The notes: generated by a model from the sequence alone, not told the origin. 64,000 nucleotides of DNA from Octopus vulgaris (GCA_951406725.2 OX597823.1:35402001-35466000); one strand, 5' to 3'; shown: positions 1-12,359, counted from the first letter of the stretch. A program made the numbers and translations.

Positions 1-1927
1 GCAATTAGAGTAGGTTCAATTAGGCTTAGTAATGCGATACAAAAAATAGAATAGCGGGAAACTTAGAAAAGGCGCTTAGGAAAAGCATTTGAACCGACAT
101 GGTGGCGGCGACATTGGCCCAGGACCAATTCTTCAACGCTAAACACAAGGGACATTTATTTCACTCATAAAATATCAGTCAGGGAATAAATTATTGCCAT
201 GTGTCTACGATCCGTCTTAGTTTGGCTCATTTTTCCAATCCAAATCTCATATCAGTTAACATTTCTTCTACAATCAACCTTTGGCCAAAAGTGGAAATGG
301 GACTGGAACATTCTACTTACAGGTGACTTGTCTGACTATTTTGTAAATAAATTATTATGGAAGAACGAGCTTTTGCTCAAGTGTAGCTTCAACTTGTACT
401 CTGCAGACGTTAAGCAACTATAAACACTGCTCCCAGACAGAAATGTACGTCTCCCGGTTCCACGCCATGGATGTTGTCCTTCGGTGTTGTCGCCAGGCAA
501 CACCTGTGACACCTTCGACGCCCTAACGATTCAACCAATCAACTCATAGGAATGGTTTATCGAAATGAAAGCAGCAGATTCGATTATGGTGGATTTGAAT
601 TCAATGCGTAGAGAATCAAAACAAATACTACAAGGCCTTCTATCCGACATCTCAATAACAACTTATCACCTAAGTCTTGATTAGCGTTTCGTTTATAAAT
701 GCTCGTTCCCTTTAGAATATTGTTCTTTAAATTGAGAGGGGGTTCAGTTTATATAATTTCTCCATTTATTTCCACAATAGTTTGGTACGATTAATGTACC
801 TACTTATTATTGGCACAGCTCTACTCGAGGTCAATGTTTACGGGATCCCTTTTACGGAACACTGTTAAACTCCATGTGACAGTCAATTCCTACAACCTAC
901 TGTCTCCTACAAATTTTGATTATGGCTTTGTTGATTAGATATTTATAAACATATGAGCCTATACAATATCCTTTCCCACAAGAAGCCAATAAAGCTTTTG
1001 TCATATCTTGTGTCTTATGAAATAACTTTGCTATCAACTTATAACTCCCTATTAATTATGTTCACTAGAATTTTGGGATCATCTTACGTGATCTCTTGCT
1101 GCAGGCATTTGTTGTTGTGTGACACTTGTTTTGTTGTCATAATTCTGCAGTGCTTGACTCTCCTTTTTTTCTACATTTTTTCCAGTTCTATGTCATTATT
1201 AATTTCTTTAAAGATTCAGGTGTATTGTCTTTTATTTTATATTATTTTTTGTTGTTGTTCTAATGTTTGAGTTTTGATAGTCCTAACTGTGTAGAATTGA
1301 GGAGGTACTTACATTCCACTTTAAATACAGTCAATGTGTTGCGTGTGTGTGTGCGTATGTGTGTGTATGTATTATCTCATTTATGCTGGTCATATTGACG
1401 GTTGTGTCATTTTTATTTATTCTGTATTGGACGTATTTGTTTATATTGCTGATAGTATTTTATTGCTAACTTTTGGAGTTGTTTATTTATTAATAACAAA
1501 GGCAAGCCGCTGGATTTAGTTAAAAAAAAAACGATGAGCAATGGCTAGAAGAATATTGATAAATCTAATGATCACCTGCTGGCGTCCAGTATGCAGAGCT
1601 TTCAACTGATAGCACTTGCATCTGCAAGTTGTTTGCAAAAATATCATCACTGATTTTTATGGTTATTTTCCATGACGTTGCTATTTGATATTCCTCTATA
1701 TTTTTCATGTCTTTCTAATATTTCTGTATTTCATATGGTCAAATTAGTTGCGCCTTTTATTGTTACATTCAATTTATTGTTTAGTTTTATTCTTAAACCC
1801 TTGCCGCCTCAGGAACGTCTCCTATTGTCTTTAATTCTTGAAATACTTCTATTTCTAGGTTGACAGCTTTATGAATACTGTCATTAAAATGTCTTATTCT
1901 TAAATCCTCCTCATATTTCCTGTTATA

Positions 1928-1988
<61 letters not shown>

Positions 1989-2045
1989 TTTTCTTGCGTT
2001 GTTTCGGTCCAGTTTTTGTTAGTCCTTATGTTACGTGTTGTTAAA

Positions 2046-2277
2046 TGCTGGGGGTTGGCAGAATCATTGGCACGCAGGGCAAAATGCTTAACGGCATTTC
2101 ATCCGTCCTTAGGTTATGAGTTCAAATTCCGCCGAGGTAGACTTTACCTTTCATCCTTTCGGAGTCGATAAAATAAGTACCATTTGATTGCTGGGGTCGA
2201 TGTAATCGACTTGCCTGCTCCTACAAAATTTTAGGCCTTGTGTCTATAGTAGAAAGGATTATTATTATTATCATCAC

Positions 2278-2317
<40 letters not shown>
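2046..2317 (+). mobile_element. tRNA-derived SINE (family A, Meta-domain-like core) with (TAT)n tail
   Basis: B-box GAGTTCAAATTCC, then core gactttacctttcatcctttcggagtcgataaaataagtacc shared with copies at 13.4k, 44k, 46.3k and 56.8k. Confidence 0.8.
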
Positions 2318-2469
2318 TGCTGCAGAGTACATCGGACGTGTTTTCGAACCCTCCAAATAATTGCTTTTCAAAAATTTGTCTATACCCGTTGGTGCGGTTT
2401 TTTTTTCGGTTTACATTTCGTTCCAAGTTGTTAATAGAAATACGAGGAATCTGTCACTGGGTTTTTGTG

Positions 2470-2625
2470 TTTGCTTGGCCCCTCGTGAGCAGGTCTATCC
2501 ATGACAACCTCCACCTTATGCAATACATCACAGAGAGGGCTGAGACCAAAGCTTGCTTCAGGGGTGCTCTGATCAATTTGGATCAATCGAAAGCATTCGA
2601 TATGATCGACCTTGGGTATGTGCTG
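2470..2625 (+). pseudogene. Tx1/L1-clade ORF2 reverse transcriptase fragment
   Basis: RSIHDNLHLM...ALINLDQSKAFDMID is a typical L1/Tx1 RT motif region. Confidence 0.7.
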
Positions 2626-2639
2626 TGTTTTGCTGTGAT

Positions 2640-3968
2640 GCTTTTATGGTTACTGTATTGAAAGTGTTTTACGTAGGATGCGTGCAGTGCCCAGTAGTGC
2701 AATTTTCTGTATGTTATATATATTTGTAAGTCCTGGTGTTTTTGTTATGTATTTGTCTGAATATTTTTTATCATACCTAATGCGCCTACTATGATAAATA
2801 TTGTTTCTGTTTTTAGATTCCACATTCGAGTTACCTCTATTTCCAGGTCTTTGTATTTTGAAAGTTTCTTCATTTCTTTTAGAGAAACGTTGTCATCTGC
2901 TGGTAATGATACATCAATTAGAAAGCATCTTTTTCTTCATGATCTCTGACAACTATATCAGCCCTATTGGATTTAATTTTTCTATCTGTATGTATTGGCA
3001 TATTCCAGAGTATGGTTGATTTCTCGTTTTCTGTCACCTTTTCTAGCGTGTGCCTATGCCATCTTTTTTCTGTTATTATTCCATAGTGTCGGCATAGCTT
3101 CCAGTGTATGTAGGTCTCACTCTGTAGTATCTGTGAATATATTCCTTCTTAGCCAGGACTGAGCAACCAGAGATAATATGATTTATTGTTTCTTCTTCAT
3201 CTCCACATATTCTGCAGTTACTTGTTATGTTTCTTTTCATTATATGTTTTTGGTAATTTCTGGTGGGGAGGCTTTGGTCTTGTGATGCAATTAAAAATCC
3301 TTCAGTCTCTACTTTGAGTCATGAGCTTCTCAACCATTGCTGGGATTTTTCTCTGTCTATTTCTTTTGCATTTACTTTAGCCCAGTATTTGCCACGAAGA
3401 GGCTTTTCTTGCCATCGTTTTAACATAGTCCGTTGCTGTTCTAGTTTTAGTTTGGGTGTCATATGTTTTATAGCTTTTGGGACGGCTAGAGTGTTGAGAC
3501 CTATTATCTTGTTTTTCGCATTGAGCTCTGTTTTCAGTATCAATCTAACTCGTTTGTAGTATTATTTTCTTATCTTTTCTTTCACTTGTGTGTGTGGTAT
3601 CGTATCTAGTATTTCTTATGTCTGGCTTTGGTCTAATTCTCTTATTTCAATGGCTTTATCTAGTGTGATGTTGTTACTCTTAACTAGTTTTCCTCTTTTC
3701 GATGTTACTTTGATACATTTATCATGTTTAATTCAACTGTCTGTAGTAATGTTTCCAACTATTTATCATTTGTAGCCTACAGTTTTAGATCACCCACATA
3801 TAAGAGGTGGCTGATTGTTTTGCCGTAACAGTTGTATCCACATTCCAGTTCTGCTTAGCATGTCAGATAAAAGTGTCAGTGCCAAACGGAAAAGGAGTGA
3901 TGAGAGCGTGTCTCCCTGGAATATTTCTCTTCTAATGGTTTTTATGAGTCCCTTTTTTGTCTGGAGCT
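2640..3968 (-). mobile_element. R4/Dong-type (RLE) non-LTR retrotransposon, degraded 3' part
   Basis: Minus strand reads IFQGDTLS (RT), KTELNAKNKIIGLNTLAVP, WQEKPLRGKY, CRIC..EETINHIISGC and NRADIVV; homologous to 54.2-56.4 kb; flanked by (TTA)n. Confidence 0.85.
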
Positions 3969-4079
3969 TTTATTATTATTATTATTGTTCTTCTTCTTTT
4001 TGTTCTTCTTTTTCTTCTTCTTCTTCTTCTTCTTCTTCTGTTTTAAAAAGGATTCACGTAATTCTTCACAAAGGTAAGC

Positions 4080-4559
4080 AGTCAAGACGAAGAGCGAGAT
4101 TCAATTGTATTAGATATTTTATTGGTTTAACGATATTTCAACAGTAAGTCTATCTTTGTGAAGTTCAAAATAAGAGGTGATAAAAATTCAGAATTATAGA
4201 AATTTGAATTTAAAGCATGAACGAGAGCAACCGCACGCTGGTGGAATGACATCATCAGTCTTTAAGTTTCAATTCTATAACAGGCGAAAAGAAAAAGAAA
4301 AAGACAGGAAAAAGACAGAAAAAAGAAGACGACAGGAAAAAGAAAAGGGAAAAGAAGAATATTTAATCAAACAGTTTTGTATAAATCTGTTGATATTCTC
4401 TTGTCATTTTATTCATTCATCCAGAAGTGAAAGTGAAGTAGATATTTTCTGAGAATATGCACTTTGAAGTCTTATTCAAAACTGCAGCCGTTTGAAACGA
4501 AATGTTCGGCAAGTTCTGTCAAACTACTGTTATTATACCTGGTTTCGAATCTGTGCCCA
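4080..4559 (-). mobile_element. Probable PLE 3' remnant (GIY-YIG C-terminus plus UTR)
   Basis: Minus strand reads LAEHF...FKVHIL; aagacgaag...tgtattag resembles other PLE ends in the window. Confidence 0.35.
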
Positions 4560-4970
4560 TTAAACCTTTTGTTTAATAGTTCTGTCGTACAGCCAACATA
4601 AATTTTTTTCCGTCTCGATATTAAGCGTTCTGTATACTATAATTTTCTTTTCTGCTCGTTCAACTGCTTCTCTTGGCGGTAATATTTTCAGACAATTTCC
4701 TTCCTTCTTGAATTTTTCTAAATTCTTTCTCTCAATGTGGGTCCTTTCAGTTGCATTGCATCCGCAGAAAGGCTTTTGCCCGCCGCCACCGCGTAACTTG
4801 CAGGCTCCATACCCAACAATGGGTAGAAAAAAAACAATTTTCAAATGTTCATCATTAATTGATAACAATATGTTCAACAATAATTTCAATAATTTCCAAT
4901 AACAAAATTCAGCAACTCACTGTACTTCATGCTCTTATCCACAAAATCACAACAGCCAACTCAGAAATCT
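4560..4970 (-). mobile_element. ORF1-only element, copy 1 (5' head plus ORF1 N-terminus, truncated)
   Basis: EKFKKEGNCLKILPP...KIIVYRTLNIETEK aligns with EQYVRRDGESIKLIPP...TIIYKTQDMNTKKI of ORF 7362-8165. Confidence 0.75.
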
Positions 4971-4988
4971 TCTACTCAACTCCATTCT

Positions 4989-5169
4989 TTCTTCATTTGG
5001 CACCATGGCCACTAACGCAGAGGGGGACACTACAAGGACAGACACAACACCACAGTGGGGACATTAAACATAAAACGAATGAGGATGAATGTTATATAAA
5101 AATGGAAAAAATGAAATGGCTGCATGGGCCCCACTCCCATGAAGTACCATTTGAACGTTTATACACACG
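4989..5169 (-). mobile_element. Isolated 3' tail of an ORF1-only element
   Basis: Near-identical direct repeat of ~6855-7031; fused directly to the broken Gypsy RT at ~5170. Confidence 0.8.
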
Positions 5170-6801
5170 TTTCTTCTGGGTTTGGAAGCGGATATTTGTA
5201 ATTTTTTAAACAATCATTAAGACCAGTTGAAAAGTCCGCACATACTCTTACCTCGTTGTTCTTTTTTATATATACCGTAGGAGCCGCCCACTCAGAGTAG
5301 TCTACTTTTTAAATTATTTCCATGTCTTCCAATCTTTTTAATTCCTTCTCAACTTGATTTAACGCCGTAAAAGGTACATTCCTTTTCGATTAGAACACCA
5401 GCACTGCATTTTCTTTCAACTCAAACTTTACGTTAATTTTTTTTACACCTACCAAGCTCTTTCGAAAACATATCAGGGTACATCTTTTTCAATTTTAATT
5501 TCATTTTTTCCGATGTTTTCTCTGACACAGACTGTGACGCATTCACCTTGTTACATAATGTATTCAGTGATAGATCCCACGGGTCGAATCCTTCCATTAA
5601 ATCTGTCCCGAACAGATTCATTGTATTCTTTGATACCATTAGTTTACATTTTCGCGTCCTATTTTAAAGTTTTATTTCTGATGAAATTTCGCCCAAGAAT
5701 TGAACTCGTTCCCCTGACACATAGCAGGCTATCCTTGTAGTTTTTTTATACAACGGCCTGCCTATCTTACTCTATGTTGCCGTATTTATTATCGATACGT
5801 CTGAACCGGTATCTAATTGCATTTCGGTCTGAAACCCATTTATTTCTACCAACACAAATTTTCGGTTTTGTCTGGTATAATTTACTTTTGTTGAGTAGAC
5901 TTTCTTCTGTTTTACCATTTTCTTTGACCGGCATTTAGCCTGTATATGTCCAAGTTTACCACAATTAAAACAGGCTTTATCTTTAAAGGGGCAACCTTTC
6001 CTCAAATATCGATCTCCGCAACCATAGCACCGTTTTGAATTTAAATTTTTCCTTCTTTCTGTACTTTCTTTACACATTTGTACATTATTATTCTTGTCTT
6101 CTATCTTTCTTGTATCATCTCGAAGGTTTATTATTTGTTGGCGTTCCTCAGCCACATTCTGCAAAGTGAGTTTCACATCTTCATTCAACTTTGATAATAT
6201 TCTTTTTCTAATTTCCGCGTCTTCCGTTGCCACTAGCCCTTTAACGAATATTAGGCACTTGAACATATCTGGCGTTAATTCTTCCCGCTTAAACCTTTCG
6301 CAAACCTTATTAACAATACCGGCATATGTTACAAAATTATTGGACTCGTTTTCTTTAAATTTAAACATTGCCATCGAATGTTAAACTGCGAACTTTTCTT
6401 GCTAAAAATATTAGTCAAAATATTTATCGTTTCATCAAAACATAATTCCGCGGGCTTTCTCGGCAAAATAAAGTTACAAAATCTTTCGTGTTCCGGAGTA
6501 GCAAGCTTTTTCAAAAGGAGTCTTACCTTCCTTTGACTAGCCCATCCCTTGAATTCCTCTCGGAATATGTCTTCGTATCGTCTGTAATATGCAGCAAAAG
6601 TAGTTCCTTCATCCGGATTGTAGTGAAATTCTTCGATGGAATTTGCAACACCATTTGCTGAAAATGATTCTGTCGTATTTCTCGACAGCAGTAACAATTC
6701 TGTTAACTTCTGTAGTTGTTGTTGCTGCTGATGCTCTTCTTGTTTTACAACTGCTTTCAGTAACTCTTCCATTTCGGTACTATTCGAAACCTCGTCGCCA
6801 C
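5170..6801 (-). mobile_element. Ty3/Gypsy (Mag-like) internal region: gag, protease and RT N-terminus, frameshifted and truncated
   Basis: Gag FAAYYRRYEDIF...KVRLLLKKL; knuckles CYGCG...C and CFNCGKLGHIQAKC; protease LDTGS; RT start SEWAAPTV...VRVCADFS; PBS TGGCGACGAG at 6800-6791. Confidence 0.9.
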
Positions 6802-6854
6802 TGTTATGTTGCACGTTCGAATGACCTCTACTCAACTCAACTCAATTCCATTCT
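6802..6854 (-). mobile_element. 3' part of the Gypsy 5' LTR
   Basis: Ends ...cataaca immediately before the PBS. Confidence 0.7.
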
Positions 6855-7191
6855 TTCTTTATTTGGCACCATGGCCACTAACACAGAGGGGGACACTACA
6901 AGGACAGACACAACGCCACAGTGGGGACATTAAACATAAAACGAATAAGAACAAATGTTATATAAAAATGGAAAAAATGAAATGGCTGCATGGGCCCCAC
7001 TCCTATGCAGTACTATTTGAACGTTTATACACACTATATTACAATCGTGATATTTTGTCTATTGTTTTTCCTTAATCATTTTTAAAAATCTATTTTTTCT
7101 TCGAAACACTTTAACTTTATCCTTTCTTTTTTCCTTTTAATACCTCATATAAGGCTCTACGTCTCTGAGTTCAACTACTGGTGGCTGTTCA

Positions 7192-8927
7192 GACGTGTTT
7201 TTTTGAGCTCATGTGGTGAAGACGTTATGTCTTTTGTGTGAAAAAAATGTGAAAAGTTGTAAAAAAGTCGTAGAGAGAACGAATTGCGCGAGGCGCTTGC
7301 TGCTGCTTGCCGTTCTTTTTTTTCTCATTTTAGGTGAAAGAAAAACCGTCGTCCCTCCGTCATGGATACCTATGCGAGGGTTGTTGCAACAAGAAGTGTC
7401 GTGTCACTGGATTTTAAAAAGAATGTTACAGCTGATAAAGAAGAAATACAGACATGCGAACAGTACGTAAGAAGGGATGGAGAAAGCATTAAGCTGATCC
7501 CTCCAGCAGAAACAACAGGGGATAAAAACCTAAAAACGATTATATATAAAACTCAAGATATGAACACAAAGAAAATAGTATTGATACCAGAAGAAGAAAT
7601 AGAAAAGTGTCTCGGAAACGTAATGTTAAGAGAAACTTATGTTGGCAGAGGGAAGAAGTTCGGTACGGTGGAAATGAGGTTTGCCACAAGTGAAGAGGCG
7701 GCCTCGCTATCCACCGCTATCTTAAGAACAGAAAGGTTTACAATGTTACCCACTTATAAAGGAAGAAGTATCAAGGTTAAGATTCCGAGTATACCACCGG
7801 AAATAAAAACAGAATGGCTGGTGGCTGCGATTCTAGGGTCTACAAAAGACGAACCCGAACTGGGTCCAGTTACTGAAACCAATACGGTGAACTGGCGGGG
7901 ATTCGGAGTCGAAATGTGGCTTACAGCCACAACAAAAGGCATAGAGAGAATCTCCTTCCAGATTGAAGTTGAAATTGAACCGACGATAAACATTATTGTT
8001 GAAGGAAGGAGATCCAGTTGTTATCTGTGCGGAACAAGAGGACATATAAGGACTGAGTGTCCATTATATGAATTTACACAAAGTAAAGAGACAACAGAAA
8101 AGGAACAAAAAGAGCAAAAGAAAGAACAGAGACAGGAGAAAGTCCAAACAGAAGAAAAAAGTTAAGAAAAAATAGCACACTGAAAGAGAAAGAAAACAAG
8201 AAAGACAACAAGAAGAGAGAAATGGAAAAACCAAAAGAAGAGAGCAAAGGAGCTACCAGTCCCAAAAGTAGAAAAAGATCGAAAACGAGGGAACACTCAG
8301 TGGAAAACAAAGGTAATGATACGTTTAAATTTTATGGAGCATTTGTAATTTACAAGAGCTCCTATGAAATGGAGAAACAAGGATCGAGAATGAAGGGAGT
8401 AACAAGAGTAAGGATGGGAACCAAGTATAACGAAGATGAGATTGGTGTTTTAGTACATGCGGACAGTTACGCCAATTTCATCGAGGTCACCAGAAAGTAT
8501 ATACTAGAAGACAAGAGGTGTCGGTTGATGGATCACCCACTTCCCGTAATGGATTATGAGGAGCTGAAAAGAAAAATAGGCTATCTCTGAAATTTATGGA
8601 AAAGTGGAAAAAGTGCCGAAAAACACTATGTTCGTGAAATTTATTTTTTTGTAAATTTTGCGAACTTCAGTTGTAATTGTGAAATTGATATGTAATTTTG
8701 TAAAATTCAGTTGTAATCTTTGAGAAAATCAATTAAGGGAAAAGACTGACAAAATGTAACCACTCCACTTCGGGGGTCGAGTGGGCATTGCGCCTCATTA
8801 TAATATCTTATCATAATTCATTCTTTTTGTAATTTCTTCGTCTTTATTCATCCTCTTTTGTTATTTTATGTTCCCCGATTGTACCGTTCCCATCTATGTA
8901 TAGTCCTTTATGGATAATAAAAAAAAC
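7192..8927 (+). mobile_element. ORF1-only element, copy 3, full length with poly(A) and 17-bp TSD
   Basis: TSD ctactggtggc(t/a)gttca at 7175-7191 and 8928-8944; ends aataaaaaaaa; no RT or endonuclease. Confidence 0.85.
7362..8590 (+). pseudogene. ORF1/Gag-like protein (RRM-like region, CCHC knuckle, K/E-rich linker, C-terminal domain); one frameshift near 8160
   Basis: TYARV start, RGKKFGTVEMRF, VEGRRSSCYLCGTRGHIRTEC; ORFs 7362-8165 and 8222-8590. Confidence 0.8.
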
Positions 8928-10483
8928 CTACTGGTGGCAGTTCATCGAACTCCACCAACACTTCGGGCGGGTCAATCTTGTTTCCGCACATGTCTATTGT
9001 ATATGTCTTTGTCGACCCCAATGGCCTTTATATTTTCTGAGTATACATCCGTGGGTAACTTCACTCTTATGATATTTAAAAATTTTACAATTTTTCTTTC
9101 CACCTCTTTGTTTTTTGCGTATGTTACGAAGTTCCATTTATGTTTTCCTCTTCTTGGATTTCTTTTTTCTGCTTCCGTTTCTGATGCTTTTTCCTTTTCT
9201 GTCTCTCCTTTGAACAATGTCCCTACATCACACTCATCTTCTATTTCTGGTACTTTTTCTTTCTCTGTCTCTACTCTGAACAATTTCTCATGTAGTTGCA
9301 CTCCTGAATCTTTCCCCTTCGCCAAATCAACCGACGTCTTCAAAACTGCTTCCTCCTTCTGTAACTCATTCTCGCAACTTTACCAATTATCTTTTCACTT
9401 TCTTTCTCCACCACCCTTTTGTCTTCCTTCCTTCTGGTCGCATCTTTCCTTTCAACCTCTTCTGTCTTCTTTTTCTGGTTACCTGTCGGCGGGCTCACTC
9501 TTCCGCTTCTCTTTTTTCTTTCTACTACCGTGAATCCTTCCTCCGTTGTTTTCTTTTCCCTCTCCACCTGTACTACCTGTTCCGTACTTTCCTGTTTCTC
9601 CTTCTGTTCTCTCTGTGGGAACCTCGCCTTCATGTGGTCTTTCTCTCTACATTCAAAACATACAGCGGCCTGCCCTCCACCTTCATTCTCAATCTCAAGT
9701 CGTCGGGTAGCACTATCTCCTCAGCAATCCTATTCAAATCCTCTACTGTTGCCTGGATAGTGAGCTCGATCCCATATCCCCAATAATTGAGTCTATTAGT
9801 CCTTGTGGCTTTCAGTATTTTGGCCCCGTCCTTCATGTTGAACATTATGGCTGTCATCAGCCACGTTTCCTCTAGTTCTGGGGGTACTTTGTCTACTCGC
9901 ACTCTGACGACACGTTTGCCACAGTACAACGGCAAAAGTACCCACTTCTCCGATCTTATTGCCTCAGCTGCGTGCTTGATTGCCTCTTCCTCTGCCGCAA
10001 AGCGCACCTCCACGGTGGAATACTTCCTTCCTCTTGTTATAAAAGTTGTCAACTTTTTAATGCTTTTTAATACCTCTTCGATTTCCTCCACTGTCGCAAT
10101 CTCTATCTTTCTCGTTGCTATTTTCATTGTTTTACATGTAACTGTTCGTCTCATTACATTGTTTGTCAGCTCTGCAGGTGGCGTCAACTTCAACGTCTCC
10201 CCATCCTTCTCCAGCAACTTTTCACATGCCTTCATTTTCCTTGGTTCGACCTTAATTTCGATTATCTCCAACGTTTTCTCTTCAGATCCTTTTCCAGTTG
10301 CGACCGCATAACTGTGGCGGCCCGCTGGCGTTTTCTCCATTTTTCCCTCAATAGGAAAAAATAAAACAACAGCAATTAACTATATCAACAATGAAACAGC
10401 AATAAACGAACAATTATTTAACGCTCTACTCACAAAAAACACTCCGTCATCAGCGACTCAACTCCAAAAATAACGTTCTGACT

Positions 10484-10575
10484 TCTACTCAACTCCATTC
10501 TCGACGTAAGACTTCTCCCTCTATATCTGCGTATTGGGATAGCCTATTTCATCGTCTGGGGGCGTCCATACGACA
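10484..10575 (-). mobile_element. 5' part of the Gypsy 5' LTR
   Basis: Minus strand starts TGTCGTATG; joined to 6854-6802 it gives a ~120-bp TG...CA LTR; PLE sequence resumes abruptly at 10576. Confidence 0.6.
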
Positions 10576-11960
10576 AAGCCAAACACCAGAAACGTCTATG
10601 GCTTACCAAAAATACACAAGTCGAAAGAAATTCAACATATAGAAAGGAACAAGAAAGTGAGTACATATTACATATTACACCCAAAATACCTAAAACTTTT
10701 TAAAACCATTATGTAACCACTAAAACATTTTGAACTACTAAAGCATTTTGAAACCAGCAGTATCATCCGGGATGACATTGACGCCCTATCCCACCTTCTC
10801 AAAACAACGGAATCGAAAACACTTTTAGTTTTGATGTAGTAAGCCTTTACCCTAATATTCCACATGATTTAGGAATAAAGGCAATTAAATACTGAGTGAT
10901 AAAACATAGAGATGTCATTCTCAGTAGATTCACCATGCCATTTATTTATATTAGTTGCAGTCAAACTTATCCTTGAAAATAACACATTCTTTTTCAATGG
11001 AAAGGATTACATCCAAGTTAGGGGCATAGCGATGGTAACGAAATTTGCTCCCGTTTATGTGAACTTCGTAATGGGATACTTAGAAAAATAACTCTATTAA
11101 AGAGTAGAGGAAAACTACGGCACTGAATTTAATCGGGACAAAGTCTCCAGATAATCTGGAAAAATTTGACATCCTCCTGAACAATCTGCACCCAACTCTC
11201 CAATTTACAAAGAAGATGAGTTGTACCGAATTACAATTTCTTGACATAATGGTAATTAAGAGTTACACCACCATCACCACTGATATATACTGTAAACACA
11301 CAGACAGGCATCAAAACCTGACCTTTAAATCGTGCCATCCAACATATACAAAACGCATATTGCATACTGCCTAGCCAGAAAAATTTGTGTATCATTGGTG
11401 AAGATGTAAATACCGTGCCAGCAAAATATCTTTAGCATTGCCAAAGCAAACTTGCCAATCATTGTTCAAAGTAAGGAATTAAAGGATATAATCACGGATC
11501 GGGCTATGATTCTAAGTAAGAGACAGCCGAAGAACTTGAGACAATTATTAACAAAGGCAAAGTTTGACCTAAACAACAATGATGAATTATTCGAAATTCA
11601 ATAATAACTAATGTGGTAAATGTCAGTTCATACATACCGGTCAATATATAAACGCAATAACTGGAAGAATATTTACAAATGCAAATATGAATCGCAAAAG
11701 TAAAGATTAAATTTACTGCATCAAATGCCCAAATGGTAAAGAGACATACGTTAGTCAGACTAGAAATGCATTATCGGAACGTTCGCGTGTGTTCCGACAA
11801 CAAATTAGTGATCCTGGTGCCCGTCAAATACCTTTAATGTGGTCAGAAAAAGTTTATAATATTTCCATTCTACAAACTAACACAACTCAAGTGAAACTGA
11901 GAGAAAAGTCAGAGAAAATAATTTTATTGATAAATTCAAATCTGTTCTAAATGGACGGTG
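10576..11960 (+). mobile_element. Penelope-like element remnant (RT plus GIY-YIG)
   Basis: YGLPKIHK, DVVSLYPNIPHDLG, GIAM.TKFAPVY.N..MGYLE, F.SCHP, YVSQT..LSER; many stops and frameshifts. Confidence 0.85.
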
Positions 11961-12359
11961 ATAATTATAATGATGATGGTGATAATAGTAATAAGTACTA
12001 CTAATATTACTACTGCCACCACTATCAACAATAATAGTGGAGGATGAACTCGAGTGAAATGTAAAAATTTCTGGAGTAACAAAAGAATTCAATGTTGTTT
12101 ACATTTCAAAATATAGCCAAACAATTCTTCTTTTAGCACTCAAAGTAAAGTATCCTTGACGTGCCTATCAAACCGTGACGTCTATGTTACATACTGATTC
12201 GTTGGAATACAGTTAGGACTTACTTGGCGCACTCACCAATCCGTGACGTCTAAGTCACATCCCGATTTGTCAAAATACAGTTCGTAAGATTAAGCCTGCT
12301 GGAGTCCACCGGAGGGTATTTAAAGGATAAATCTGACCATTTCGCTACATGACTTAAAG

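Larger units (their letters stand above)
6855..10483 (-). mobile_element. ORF1-only element, copy 2 (host), interrupted by copy 3
   Basis: ORF pieces 10340-9630, 9633-9340 and 9343-8972; frame resumes across the insertion (DPPEVLVEFDE-LPPV-VELRDVEPYMRY*); tail at ~7031-6855; flanked by tctactcaactccattct. Confidence 0.8.

Noticed and set aside
4971-7031. ~200-bp direct repeats flanking gag-pro as the Gypsy LTR pair
   Set aside because: No TG...CA ends, the left copy is fused mid-RT with no polypurine tract, and the sequence is the ORF1-only element tail; the real LTR is split between 6802-6854 and 10484-10575
7362-8590. Host zinc-knuckle gene or domesticated gag
   Set aside because: Intronless, frameshifted, poly(A)-tailed, TSD-flanked and multicopy, so a mobile element
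8910-10311. Plus-strand ORFs of 207, 113 and 174 aa
   Set aside because: Antisense shadows of the minus-strand ORF1
12168-12285. ~50-bp direct repeat pair as CRISPR-like array
   Set aside because: Only two imperfect units in eukaryotic repeat context; probably PLE 3' UTR
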